Below, piece after piece: positions 11,701 through 20,562 of a DNA stretch of 64,000 nucleotides. The notes under the pieces are model-generated. The model saw only the letters and a list, made by a program, of their open reading frames with translations. It searched no databases and was not told where the DNA came from. How positions within the stretch are numbered: the stretch's first letter is position 1; each line of letters begins with the position of its first letter. Origin of the DNA: an uncultured Fibrobacterota bacterium (lineage in GTDB: Bacteria; Fibrobacterota; Chitinivibrionia; Chitinivibrionales; FEN-1185); assembly GCA_963729895.1 (NCBI GenBank), contig CAVSQB010000005.1, positions 32,001 to 96,000 on the forward strand, in the 5' to 3' direction. A program made the position numbers and the translations under genes.

Positions 11701-14700
11701 GACACTGGTCAAAACCGGCGCTACCTTTACAGGCTGGAACACGAAGCCCGACGGCAGCGGGACCGGTTATGCGGCTGGGGCAACGTTCGCAATGGGTGGT
11801 GCAAACGTGACATTGTATGCTCAGTGGACGCTCATTCCGACTTACACGGTCGCTTACGACGGAAACGGAAATACCACCGGGGCAGCGCCGGCAGACAATA
11901 ACCAATATGTTGTGGGTCAATCTGTGATTGTGCTGGGCAACACAGGCAATCTTATAAAGACGAGCTACACTTTCGTGGGTTGGAACACTCAGGCAAACGG
12001 CAGCGGGATCAGCTATGCGGCAGGGGTGTCATTTGTGATGGGCTCCGCCATCGTGACGCTGTACGCGCAATGGACCGCGAACCCGACCTACACCGTCACC
12101 TACAGCGGCAACACCAACACCGGCGGCACTCCTCCCGTGGATGGAAACAATTACCTGTCGGGCGCGGCTGTCACCGTGCTCGGCAACACCGGCGGACTTG
12201 TCAAGACGGGGAATACGTTGATCGGCTGGAATACTCAGGCCAATGGCGGCGGAACGGCTTATGCATCGGGAGCCACGTTTGCCATGGGCGCCGCCAATGT
12301 GACATTGTATGCGCAATGGACCGCACTGCCGACGTACACCGTTACCTATAGCGGTAACGGCAGCACGGGCGGCACGGCGCCTGTCGACGCCAACAGCTAC
12401 CTGCAGGGCCAGACCGTAACAACGCTCAATATCGTGACGCTGGTTAAAACGGGATCTACCTTTACAGGCTGGAACACGAAAGCCGACGGCAGCGGGACCG
12501 GTTATGCGGCCGGGGTCACGTTTGCGATGGGTGTTGCAAACGTGACGTTATTTGCGCAGTGGACGCCCATCCCAACCTATACCGTTGTTTACAACGGAAA
12601 CGGCAATACTTCCGGGACCTCGCCGGCGGATAATAATCATTATACGGTGGGTCAATCCGTGATTGTGCTCGGCAACACCGGAAATCTTGTAAAGACAAGC
12701 TTCACATTCGTGGGTTGGAACACCGCGTCGAACGGGAGCGGCATCGGCTATGCGGCAGGGGTTTCATTTGTGATGGGCTCGGGCAACGTGACGCTGTACG
12801 CGCAATGGACCGCGAACCCGACCTACACGGTGACGTACAGCGGCAATACCAACACCGGCGGGACTCCTCCTGCGGATGGGAACAACTACCTGTCGGGTGC
12901 GACTGTCACCGTGCTCGGCAATACGGGCGGACTTGTCAAGACAGGAAATACATTCATCGGCTGGAACACGCAGGCCAATGGCGGCGGAACACCCTATGCA
13001 TCGGGAGTGACGTTTGCAATTGGCTCCGCCAATGTGACCTTGTACGCGCAATGGACAGCCCTCCCGACATACACCGTCACCTATAGCGGCAACGGCAGCA
13101 CGGGCGGAATAGCGCCGGTTGACGCCAACAGCTACATTCAGGGCCAGACCGTAACAACACTCAATGTTGGGACGCTGGTCAAGGCGGGCTCTACCTTTTC
13201 TGGATGGAACACGCAGGCGAACGGCACGGGAATCAGCTATGCGGCAGGAGTCACGTTTGCAATGGGGACATCAAATGTAACCTTGTTTGCGCAGTGGACG
13301 CTCATCCCAACCTACACGGTAGTTTACAATGGAAACGGCAATACCTCCGGGGCGGCGCCGGCCGACAATAGCCAATATACGGTGGGACAATCTGTGATTG
13401 TACTGGGCAACACAGGCAATCTTGTAAAGACAAGCTTCACATTCGTGGGTTGGAACACCGCGTCGAACGGAAGCGGCATTGGCTATGCGGCAGGGGTTTC
13501 ATTTGTGATGGGCTCGGGCAACGTGACGCTGTACGCGCAATGGACCGCGAACCCGACCTACACGGTGGCGTACAGCGGCAATACCAACACCGGCGGGACT
13601 CCTCCCTTGGATGGAAACAATTACCTTTCGGGTGCGACTGTCACCGTGCTCGGCAATACGGGCGGACTTGTCAAGACGGGAAATACGTTCATCGGCTGGA
13701 ACACGCAGGCCAATGGCGGCGGAACAGCCTATGCATCGGGAAACACGTTTGCAATGGGATCCGCCAATGTGACCTTGTACGCGCAATGGACCGCCCTGCC
13801 GACGTATACCGTTACCTATAGCGGCAACGGCAGCACGGGTGGGATACCACCGTCCGATCCTAATAGCTACCTGCAGGGCCAGACCGTAACAACACTCAAT
13901 GTCGGGACGCTGGTCAAGGCGGGCTCTACCTTTTCTGGATGGAACACGCAGGCGAACGGCACGGGAATCAGCTATGCGGCAGGAGTCACGTTTGCAATGG
14001 GGACATCAAATGTAACCTTGTTTGCGCAGTGGACGCTCATCCAAACCTACGCCGTTGTTTACAGCGGAAACGGCAATACTTCCGGGACCGCGCCCGCGGA
14101 CAACAATCAATATAGTGCCGGACAAAATGTAACAGTGCTTGGCAACACGGGAAATCTTTCGAAAACAGGGTATACCTTCGTCGGTTGGAACACTCAGGCA
14201 GCCGGTGGCGGCATCGGATATACGGGCGGGGTGTTATTCGTCATGGGCTCCGGCAATGTAACATTGTACGCGCAATGGACGGCAAACCCGACCTACACCG
14301 TCACCTACAACGGCAATACCAACACATCCGGTATTGTTCCCGTGGATGGCAATAACTATCTGTCCGGCGCGACTGTCACCGTGCTCGGCAATACCGGCGG
14401 ACTCGTTAAAACCGGCTTTAGTCTTGCCGGCTGGAGCACGAATGCCGGCGGGGGCGGGACTGTGTATGCGCCTGGAGCAACGTTTGCCATGGGCTCCTCC
14501 AACGTGACACTGTACGCTCAATGGAACGCCCTTCCAACCTATACCGTCACCTACAACGGCAATACCAATACCAGCGGCAATGTTCCGGTAGACGGCAACG
14601 CCTATCTGCCCGGCGCCACCGTGACGGTGCGCAATGTGGGAACTCTTCTAAAGACGGGATGCGCATTTGCGGGCTGGAACACGAGCGCCGACGGCAGTGG

Positions 14701-15232
14701 GAATCCTTACAGTCCGGGAGACACGTTTGTGATGGGCGCCGCCAACGTGACGTTATATGCGCACTGGACGGTCACCATTACCGCATCAGCCGATTCCAAT
14801 GGGGCGATTTTGCCGGCCGGCTCCGTTTCCGTGCCGTATAACGGGAGCCAGGCGTTCACGATCACCCCAAATGCCGGCTATCAGATTGCCACGATCACCG
14901 TTGACGGCTCACCGGTTGGTAGCCCCCAGTCGCCTTACCTATTTACAAGTGTCACGGCCGCTCATACTATTACAGCCAGTTTTGCAATTGACACCTTTAC
15001 AGTAACTTATAATGGCAATGGCAACACCGGCGGAAACGTCCCAACCGATCCAAATAAGTATACGTATGGTCAGAATGTAACAGTACTCGATAATACGGGG
15101 AGCCTTGTAAATACCGGATTCAACTTTGTAGGATGGAACACGCAGGCCGATGGCCTCGGTACGACCTATTTGGCAACGCAGACAATTGTCTCAATTTCTT
15201 CGAATATAACCTTGTATGCACTATGGCAGTGA
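8702..15232 (+). CDS. large surface lipoprotein with about 23 InlB B-repeat (Listeria-Bacteroides repeat) domains
   Basis: Signal ending LFFC, PKD/Ig-like N-terminus, then repeated YTVTYNGN...F.GWNT...VTLYAQW units of 81-82 aa. Confidence 0.9.
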   Translation: MHRKKVELIASALLAVTIGALFFCQRNNPYDVGSNSFVPGKKPHVTFVKKTMSAFLFDTVSIPVVWSDTAIGGVKGAIKTFYIDWHGDTLFNDSVAGTNADTLVLRRAFPAGAVTIRIKALDYDGYYSEPDSMKLSVLLSKPTIVSTSGSRTILRTSVCTLSVSATDTGGVIQTFFWAANGTDFADSTSTGSFQVSYADTGAKLVLVKARDNKGIGSGVDTFHLAVYDKRGAVLYDGNGNTGGSAPTDTNTYVSGQTVVVLGNTGNLVKSGYVFSGWNTRSNGSGANYSAGAAFSMDTTSAVLYAQWTANPTFSVSYNGNGNTGGTTPSDTASYSIGQSVTVLGNTGSLVKTGNTFVGWNTQANGNGIGYAAGVSFVMGSGSVTLYAQWTADPTYAVTYNGNANTGGAVPVDGNNYLSGSTVTVLGNPGGLVKTGNTFIGWNTQANGGGTAYASRVTFTMGSANVTLYAQWTALPTYTVTYNGNGNTAGTAPVDSNSYMQGQTVTTRSMGSLAKTGYSFTGWNTQTTGAGIGYAAGATFAMGTANVTLYAQWTLIPTYAVTYDGNGNTAGAAPADNNHYTVGQSVTVLGNTGNLSKTSYTFVGWNTQANGIGIGYAAGVSFVIGSGNVTLYAQWTADPTYAVTYNGNTNTGGTPPVDANNYLSGSTVAVLGNTGGLVKTGNTFIGWNTQANGGGTAYASGVTFAMGSANVTLYAQWTALPTYTVTYSGNGSTAGTAPADANSYLQGQTVTTRGMGTLVKPGYSFSGWNTQANGTGISYAAGVTFAIGTANVTLFAQWTLIPTYGVAYNGNGNTTGAAPADNNRYTAGQPVTVLENTGNLSKTGYTFVGWNTQANGNGIGYATGVSFVMGSANVTLYAQWTANPTYTVTYNGNTNTSGTVPVDGNNYLSGVNVTVLGNTGGLVKTGNTFIGWNTQADGGGTAYASGVTFAMGSGNVTLYAQWTALPTYTVTYTGNGSTGGIAPVDANSYMSGQTVTTLNIGTLVKTGATFTGWNTKPDGSGTGYAAGATFAMGGANVTLYAQWTLIPTYTVAYDGNGNTTGAAPADNNQYVVGQSVIVLGNTGNLIKTSYTFVGWNTQANGSGISYAAGVSFVMGSAIVTLYAQWTANPTYTVTYSGNTNTGGTPPVDGNNYLSGAAVTVLGNTGGLVKTGNTLIGWNTQANGGGTAYASGATFAMGAANVTLYAQWTALPTYTVTYSGNGSTGGTAPVDANSYLQGQTVTTLNIVTLVKTGSTFTGWNTKADGSGTGYAAGVTFAMGVANVTLFAQWTPIPTYTVVYNGNGNTSGTSPADNNHYTVGQSVIVLGNTGNLVKTSFTFVGWNTASNGSGIGYAAGVSFVMGSGNVTLYAQWTANPTYTVTYSGNTNTGGTPPADGNNYLSGATVTVLGNTGGLVKTGNTFIGWNTQANGGGTPYASGVTFAIGSANVTLYAQWTALPTYTVTYSGNGSTGGIAPVDANSYIQGQTVTTLNVGTLVKAGSTFSGWNTQANGTGISYAAGVTFAMGTSNVTLFAQWTLIPTYTVVYNGNGNTSGAAPADNSQYTVGQSVIVLGNTGNLVKTSFTFVGWNTASNGSGIGYAAGVSFVMGSGNVTLYAQWTANPTYTVAYSGNTNTGGTPPLDGNNYLSGATVTVLGNTGGLVKTGNTFIGWNTQANGGGTAYASGNTFAMGSANVTLYAQWTALPTYTVTYSGNGSTGGIPPSDPNSYLQGQTVTTLNVGTLVKAGSTFSGWNTQANGTGISYAAGVTFAMGTSNVTLFAQWTLIQTYAVVYSGNGNTSGTAPADNNQYSAGQNVTVLGNTGNLSKTGYTFVGWNTQAAGGGIGYTGGVLFVMGSGNVTLYAQWTANPTYTVTYNGNTNTSGIVPVDGNNYLSGATVTVLGNTGGLVKTGFSLAGWSTNAGGGGTVYAPGATFAMGSSNVTLYAQWNALPTYTVTYNGNTNTSGNVPVDGNAYLPGATVTVRNVGTLLKTGCAFAGWNTSADGSGNPYSPGDTFVMGAANVTLYAHWTVTITASADSNGAILPAGSVSVPYNGSQAFTITPNAGYQIATITVDGSPVGSPQSPYLFTSVTAAHTITASFAIDTFTVTYNGNGNTGGNVPTDPNKYTYGQNVTVLDNTGSLVNTGFNFVGWNTQADGLGTTYLATQTIVSISSNITLYALWQ

Positions 15233-15435
15233 GCCCGTCATTGCTATATCATCGTCGACTTGATTCCACGGTCCATTCGTGAGCACAGGCAGGGGCGCGC
15301 TACTAATCATGGCCGCCCCGCCTTCCCCAGTAGTATAATTTATAATCGATTCGAGTTACGACATACTTCTGTGCTCCCCATAAAGAAAATGAGGAACTTG
15401 GTTCCAACGGAAAACAGAAAGACCAGTTATCAACC

Positions 15436-17325
15436 ATGGCCTTTTCATTAGGCGATTTCGCCAATATCAAGAAAATAGGCGACGGCCGCATGGGGACCGT
15501 GTACAGTGCAACACACAAGTCCTCCAAACGCAAAGTCGTCATCAAGGAGCTTGCCTCCGGACTGCCCGCCGGCGACGGCCTGATGAAGGGTCTTGCGGAC
15601 GAGGCCGGGGCGGCCGTCTCTCTGATCCACGACAATATTCTGCGTGTGTTCGATTCCGGCGCAGAGGGTGGGTCATTCTACATATCAACGGAGTATGTTG
15701 ACGGATGGGATTTCGAAAGCCTGCTGCAACAGCCGCGGCCCATGCCTCTTGCAATCGGCGCCATGATTATTCTCCAGGCCTTTAAAGGCCTGCTCTACGC
15801 ACATTCCCGGGGCATCGTGCACTGCGACGTCAAACCGGAAACGATCCTGGTTTCCAGGACCGGAAGAGTGAAGGTCGACGATTTCGGCCTGGCCTTTGCG
15901 GCGACGTATTCCCGTGAGAACATCGATCCGTCAAGGGTCTACATAACTCCGGCGTATGTTCCGCCGGAGGTCGTGATGGGGAGTCGGCAAAAAGATGTGT
16001 ACATGGATATCTGGTCGTGCGGGGTTCTGGCGTACAGAATCCTGGCGGGTGAGCTTCCATTCATCTCCACGGAACCAACCTCCCACATGTTTTCCATCGT
16101 TCACGAAAGGGAAAAAGATATCCGCATCGCTTCGCCGGTCGTTCCGGACACCGTCGTAGGCGCCGTTTTCGATTGCCTTAACAAAGACAAACTGCTTCGT
16201 CCGCCCACGCTCGGACCGCTCATAGAGTCGCTTGAGAATTATGTTACCGAACTCGGCGTTCGAGACGTCCAGAAATGCGTGTGCGACTATCTCAACGGAC
16301 CTTTCAGGATCCCCTCCTACCTGGCGGGACTTCTCGTGCGGTACCATCTCAAGAAAGGCGAGGTCCTGCGCGATGCGGGCGATGCGCTCGACTCGGAAGC
16401 GCATTTCAAAGAGGTTGAACGGTATGGCGGCAAAGACCTGCTTCCCCCAAAATGGAGGATAACCCACGAGCTGCCGGCGCGGGAAGGAGGGCCGGGAGAA
16501 GAAGAACGAAGCGCTGTGCATTTGTCAACGCACGTCCGGCTCGGGGCGCTGGCCTTGGGCGCGGGCTGCATTTTGTCGATCGCCAGCATTTCGGCGCTCG
16601 TAAGCGTCCAGAGAATCACCGCGTCGGACAGGGTCGCCGTCCGGGCGCCTTCGGATACGCAGGCGTCTTTAGCGAACGCCGAAAGAATCCAGACTCGAGA
16701 CCACGTGAGACCGCCTGAGCACGACAGTTCCCTGGCGTCGGCTGTTGCCCCAGTCGATCATCAGCCTGCTTCCGCCGATGACTCGCAGGAGACTCAGAGC
16801 GTTCAGCCACGCCCCGAGGCGACAAAAAGAAAAAGGCCTGCCCCTCTTTCTGCAATAGAACGCCCGTCCATCAAGCAGGCGGGCGCACCTGCGATTGGGA
16901 TTTTGCGGCTCAGGGTTGATCCTCCTCAGGCCCGCGTGCTGGTGGATGGAGTAAAGATCTCCACTGCCGCCTTGTCGGAAGGAGAGCGCCTTACGGCCGG
17001 GAGCCATTCCATCGCGGCGTTTTGCGACGGCTATGCCGCCTACAACAGCACGGTGCGAATCGAACGAAGCGAAACCCAGGCGCTTGCGGTAACGCTCAAG
17101 GCGCTTGAAAAGGGCACCGGACTGCTGCATGTCCATTCATACCCCTGGGCGGAGGTATTTGTGGATGATGTCGACAAGGGTCCGTGCCCCACATCGCAGC
17201 CGCTGGCGCTTTCCGAGGGCGATCACGTGGTTCTTGTCAAACGGGACGGCTTCAAGCCATACGTTGAAACGGTCCACATTACCACAGGAGAAGAGGCCCG
17301 CCTCAAGGTCGAGCTCTCACGATAA
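15436..17325 (+). CDS. Hanks-type Ser/Thr protein kinase with transmembrane segment and two PEGA domains
   Basis: IGDGRMGTVY, VVIK, HCDVKPE, DFG, YVPPE, DIWSCG; C-terminal S.PWAEVFVD...G.H.V...RDGF PEGA motifs. Confidence 0.88.
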   Translation: MAFSLGDFANIKKIGDGRMGTVYSATHKSSKRKVVIKELASGLPAGDGLMKGLADEAGAAVSLIHDNILRVFDSGAEGGSFYISTEYVDGWDFESLLQQPRPMPLAIGAMIILQAFKGLLYAHSRGIVHCDVKPETILVSRTGRVKVDDFGLAFAATYSRENIDPSRVYITPAYVPPEVVMGSRQKDVYMDIWSCGVLAYRILAGELPFISTEPTSHMFSIVHEREKDIRIASPVVPDTVVGAVFDCLNKDKLLRPPTLGPLIESLENYVTELGVRDVQKCVCDYLNGPFRIPSYLAGLLVRYHLKKGEVLRDAGDALDSEAHFKEVERYGGKDLLPPKWRITHELPAREGGPGEEERSAVHLSTHVRLGALALGAGCILSIASISALVSVQRITASDRVAVRAPSDTQASLANAERIQTRDHVRPPEHDSSLASAVAPVDHQPASADDSQETQSVQPRPEATKRKRPAPLSAIERPSIKQAGAPAIGILRLRVDPPQARVLVDGVKISTAALSEGERLTAGSHSIAAFCDGYAAYNSTVRIERSETQALAVTLKALEKGTGLLHVHSYPWAEVFVDDVDKGPCPTSQPLALSEGDHVVLVKRDGFKPYVETVHITTGEEARLKVELSR

Positions 17326-17372
17326 CCGGGCCGACGGGCGTCCGCTCTAAAAGGCCGCGGACGCCCTCCGGC

Positions 17373-18434
17373 TCACCGCAAGACCAGCATGGTGGTTGTT
17401 TTAACCCGGGAATCTGCTGTAAGCACCACAAAATACAATCCCCGCGCCAGGGCAGGAACGTGCACGGCTCCGGAAGATCCTGTGACGGCAATCTCCGTCA
17501 CCAATTTTCCGTTGCACGAATACAAAGATATCCGGGCATTCGTGGAGGTGCCGTCATAGGCGTATTTCAACTCACCGCTCTTTGTCATAGTCACCGCCAT
17601 GGCTCCAATGAAAGTGTAATTTATCGTCGGCTTGTTATTGTTGACGACGGGAGAGGCGGGCGGCAAACCAAAATCAAGGATATAGTCGGGGCCATTGCCG
17701 CTGTAGCCGGGTAAATTCGGCGATGGACATGTAAACAGGCTGTTAGGATCGTCATAAGGAAAACTGTATGAAGTAGGACATGCGGCCTTTTTTAGTGCTC
17801 GGCAAGCATCATTGTCCTGGCAATAAAACCCGTTGGTATCGAGTACTCCATTAATGGTATCCAAATTCAACATTGACGCCGGAGCGGTCAAATACAAGTC
17901 TTTTGTGCAATCATCCTCCCCGCCGCAAGTCCATCCTTGTCGACCCTGTATGGAGTCATAGTGTGGATTGTCGGGAGGGAACGTCCCGGGTAACGGATAG
18001 TATAACATGGGAAGGTTATACCCGTCCACCAGGCTTACATCGTACCAATCGCACCCCCACCCCGAAGTCTCCGTGATCTCAGCGAGGGTAAACGGTCCGT
18101 TGGCATATTTGGGGTCCCAAAGGCCCCAGATTCTCGCAGATGTCCAATGGTTTGGGATCTGAATTATTGTGTCGTGTCCAATCGGTAGCACAAAAGTAAG
18201 GTTTGTCCAAGCAGCACCATTGCCGTTGCCGTTTACATGGACAGTAAGGTCTTTATGCCAATAATTGTGCATGAAGTAATACCGCGTGCCCGTGCCATAT
18301 TTGCCATTATTGTGAGGAAATGTGTCTGCTTCGAATGGTTGGCACACGGAACATGGGACAATTGTTGTTTGGGCCGGAACTTCGACCGGAACCAGAAAAA
18401 ACAACACAGCCGCCAGAGAAAGAAACTTCTTCAT
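17373..18434 (-). CDS. secreted thaumatin-like protein (GH64/TLP superfamily) with C-terminal sorting domain
   Basis: WTSARIWG, TLAE, WYDVSLVDGYNLPM and CPTSYSFPYDD thaumatin motifs; CTD ISLYSCNGKLV...RGLYFV. Confidence 0.82.
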   Translation of the reverse strand: MKKFLSLAAVLFFLVPVEVPAQTTIVPCSVCQPFEADTFPHNNGKYGTGTRYYFMHNYWHKDLTVHVNGNGNGAAWTNLTFVLPIGHDTIIQIPNHWTSARIWGLWDPKYANGPFTLAEITETSGWGCDWYDVSLVDGYNLPMLYYPLPGTFPPDNPHYDSIQGRQGWTCGGEDDCTKDLYLTAPASMLNLDTINGVLDTNGFYCQDNDACRALKKAACPTSYSFPYDDPNSLFTCPSPNLPGYSGNGPDYILDFGLPPASPVVNNNKPTINYTFIGAMAVTMTKSGELKYAYDGTSTNARISLYSCNGKLVTEIAVTGSSGAVHVPALARGLYFVVLTADSRVKTTTMLVLR

Positions 18435-18876
18435 GCATCCCCCTTTTCTTTTATTAATTGGAGTTTTCCATTTTACAAAACGATTCGGTGAGTGCCGACA
18501 GATTTCTCTTGCAAAATCCATCCTTTCCCGCTTTCCGCAATTTCCGTCCGGTTCCGCGAGGATCTCCGTATCTTGAGAATATAAGGTTTATTGGCGGTCC
18601 TGTCAACTTTAGCAGTAAAAAACGCTGATCCTTTTGACGCGCTTACCTGGCAGTGAAAATGCCATTCCTTTGAACAAGATGGGGGAGCAGTCATGACGAT
18701 TATTAATCTTGACAACTGTACATATTAAATTATAGAATTACTTCAGAGACTCCTGAACTCCGGCGGAGCTGTGATGCTCAGGAAGGGAGGTTTTGATGTT
18801 GCATGATTCCTATGTCATGCAAGTGTTTTAGCAACAGAGAGTTGTTTCAATCGAAAGCTAGCCCGAGGGGCTTTGT

Positions 18877-19308
18877 ATGAGATACTTGCTTTATGGAACC
18901 AAGGGATTCACGCTCGTCGAACTAATGGTTGTAATCGTCATCATCGGGATTCTTGCCGCAGTTTCGATTCCCAAGTTTGTAGACGCTTCCCAGAAGGCCA
19001 AGGCGTCCGAGTTCCCGTTGCAATTAACCGCCATTTATACGGGCCAGTTGGCGTACCAGGCGCAGGGCGGCAACTTCGTAACGTCGCTGCAAGCGCTCAA
19101 AGATTCGGCATATGTGGATATTCCCTCCACCACCAAATGGTTTTCGTACACAATGCCGAGTGCCACCATTACAACTTTTCAGGCTTTTGCAACTGTAAAT
19201 AGCCCTGGATTCGGAGTTGCGACGGGCACGGATTATGGCGCTCTCGATCAAACCAATTCCAAGTACTGCACTGCGGCCTTGAAAAGATACTGCCCGAGCT
19301 GGCAGTAA
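18877..19308 (+). CDS. type IV pilin (prepilin N-methylation domain)
   Basis: KGFTLVELMVVIVIIGILAAVSIP; C-terminal Cys pair. Confidence 0.92.
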   Translation: MRYLLYGTKGFTLVELMVVIVIIGILAAVSIPKFVDASQKAKASEFPLQLTAIYTGQLAYQAQGGNFVTSLQALKDSAYVDIPSTTKWFSYTMPSATITTFQAFATVNSPGFGVATGTDYGALDQTNSKYCTAALKRYCPSWQ

Positions 19309-19329
19309 TGGCGGCAAGCGAGTTTCAGG

Positions 19330-19366
19330 CAAAAAGCCCCGTCCCCCAAAGAGGCGGGGCTTTTTG
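19330..19366 (+). terminator. rho-independent terminator after pilin
   Basis: CAAAAAGCCCCG...CGGGGCTTTTTG. Confidence 0.8.
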
Positions 19367-19589
19367 TGTGCAACTCCGGTTCACTTGACCTTGAACATCG
19401 TCCTTGAAACCTTTGAAAGACGTATTTTTGGGGTAGAAACATGGAAATAGGCGTCGGGCGATAGCCGAAGTACCCTATGGGCAGGAATGGTGAAGTGGGG
19501 GATCTTGTGCAGGGGCAAAGGGGCACTGCGCTCATCGAAAAGGCGGATGGAACCCGAGAGGATTAAGCGGTAAAGCGAGGAACGTTCAA

Positions 19590-20072
19590 ATGTCTTTGTT
19601 TTGTCCAAACTGCCTTTCCGAATACCTCGAAAAGTACGACTTGTGTCCTACGTGCGAACTCAAGCTGGTGCCGTTTGAGGACTTGCCGCCGCACTGCGCC
19701 TCATGCGGCGGCAAGTACTCCAAAGGGACAAAAACATGCCCGAGGTGCGGGATCGATCTGGTGTCGTACAAATCGGTCGACGATTTCCTGGAACGCAAGC
19801 CCGCGACGGTCGATGTTGCGTTCGTCACCGTCCACGAAACGTCGCATTTGCCGGAGCTGGCATTGATCAAGGGGGCGCTCGAGGCCGCAGGGATTCCCTA
19901 TGTTGCAAAAGGGGAAGAGCTGCAAAGCCTGTTTGGGGCGGGGTTGCTCGGCGGGTTCAACCCCGTAACCGGAGCGGTGCAGATCATTGTTGAGAAAAGG
20001 CGCGCCAAAGAGGCGCGGGAGATCATCGAGGACTTATTCAAGAACAACGGCAGCGGTCCTGAAGCAGCTTGA
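19590..20072 (+). CDS. double zinc ribbon plus DUF2007-like protein
   Basis: Four CxxC pairs, then ELALIKGALEAAGI...V.I.V...A.EA.E pattern. Confidence 0.8.
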   Translation: MSLFCPNCLSEYLEKYDLCPTCELKLVPFEDLPPHCASCGGKYSKGTKTCPRCGIDLVSYKSVDDFLERKPATVDVAFVTVHETSHLPELALIKGALEAAGIPYVAKGEELQSLFGAGLLGGFNPVTGAVQIIVEKRRAKEAREIIEDLFKNNGSGPEAA

Positions 20073-20105
20073 CATCCACAACGGGCGCATTGCCGTTCAA
20101 GGAAT

Positions 20106-20143
20106 GAAGAAGGCGGAGGATGCAAATCCTCCGCCTTCTTTTT
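20106..20143. terminator. bidirectional terminator
   Basis: AAGAAGGCGGAGGA...TCCTCCGCCTTCTT between convergent genes. Confidence 0.8.
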
Positions 20144-20199
20144 TCCGCTGATGCCGGCTCCGGAACGCGTTTACTCCTCGTTCCCTCTTTCCGCGAAAA

Positions 20200-20454
20200 T
20201 TACTTGTCCGTCGGAGGAGGCGTTGTTGGAGTTGCGGTAGTGTCTTTTGCCGCCGCTTTTTTGGCCTTCTTGGCTTTCTTGGCCTTCTTGGAATGTTTCT
20301 TCGTCTTGGTGGAATCCGTGGCGGCTGCGCCGGAACTCGGCGCCACCGATTCGGTTGACGAAGGAGCAGTTGTCTGGTCTTCGGCTGCAAGGGCTGCAAC
20401 GGCCATGGAAGCCGCGATGAAGGCTGCGAGAACCATCTTGAGTGTGACGTTCAT
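20200..20454 (-). CDS. small secreted Lys/Ala-rich low-complexity protein
   Basis: AAGGAG RBS, signal peptide (AVAALA), KKHSKKAKKAKKAKKAA tail. Confidence 0.75.
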   Translation of the reverse strand: MNVTLKMVLAAFIAASMAVAALAAEDQTTAPSSTESVAPSSGAAATDSTKTKKHSKKAKKAKKAKKAAAKDTTATPTTPPPTDK

Positions 20455-20562
20455 GCTGCACTCCTTTTAAAGAGATTAGGTGATGAGTGAAAAAACGATT
20501 TACGATTTTACCCCGGCATTTTTTTTGCGGAGAACTATGCCGGATGGTTCAAATCTTGGATT

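Noticed and set aside
9950..14841. Recurring 95-218-aa alternate-frame ORFs
   Set aside because: By-products of the 735-bp coding repeat in the InlB-repeat gene.
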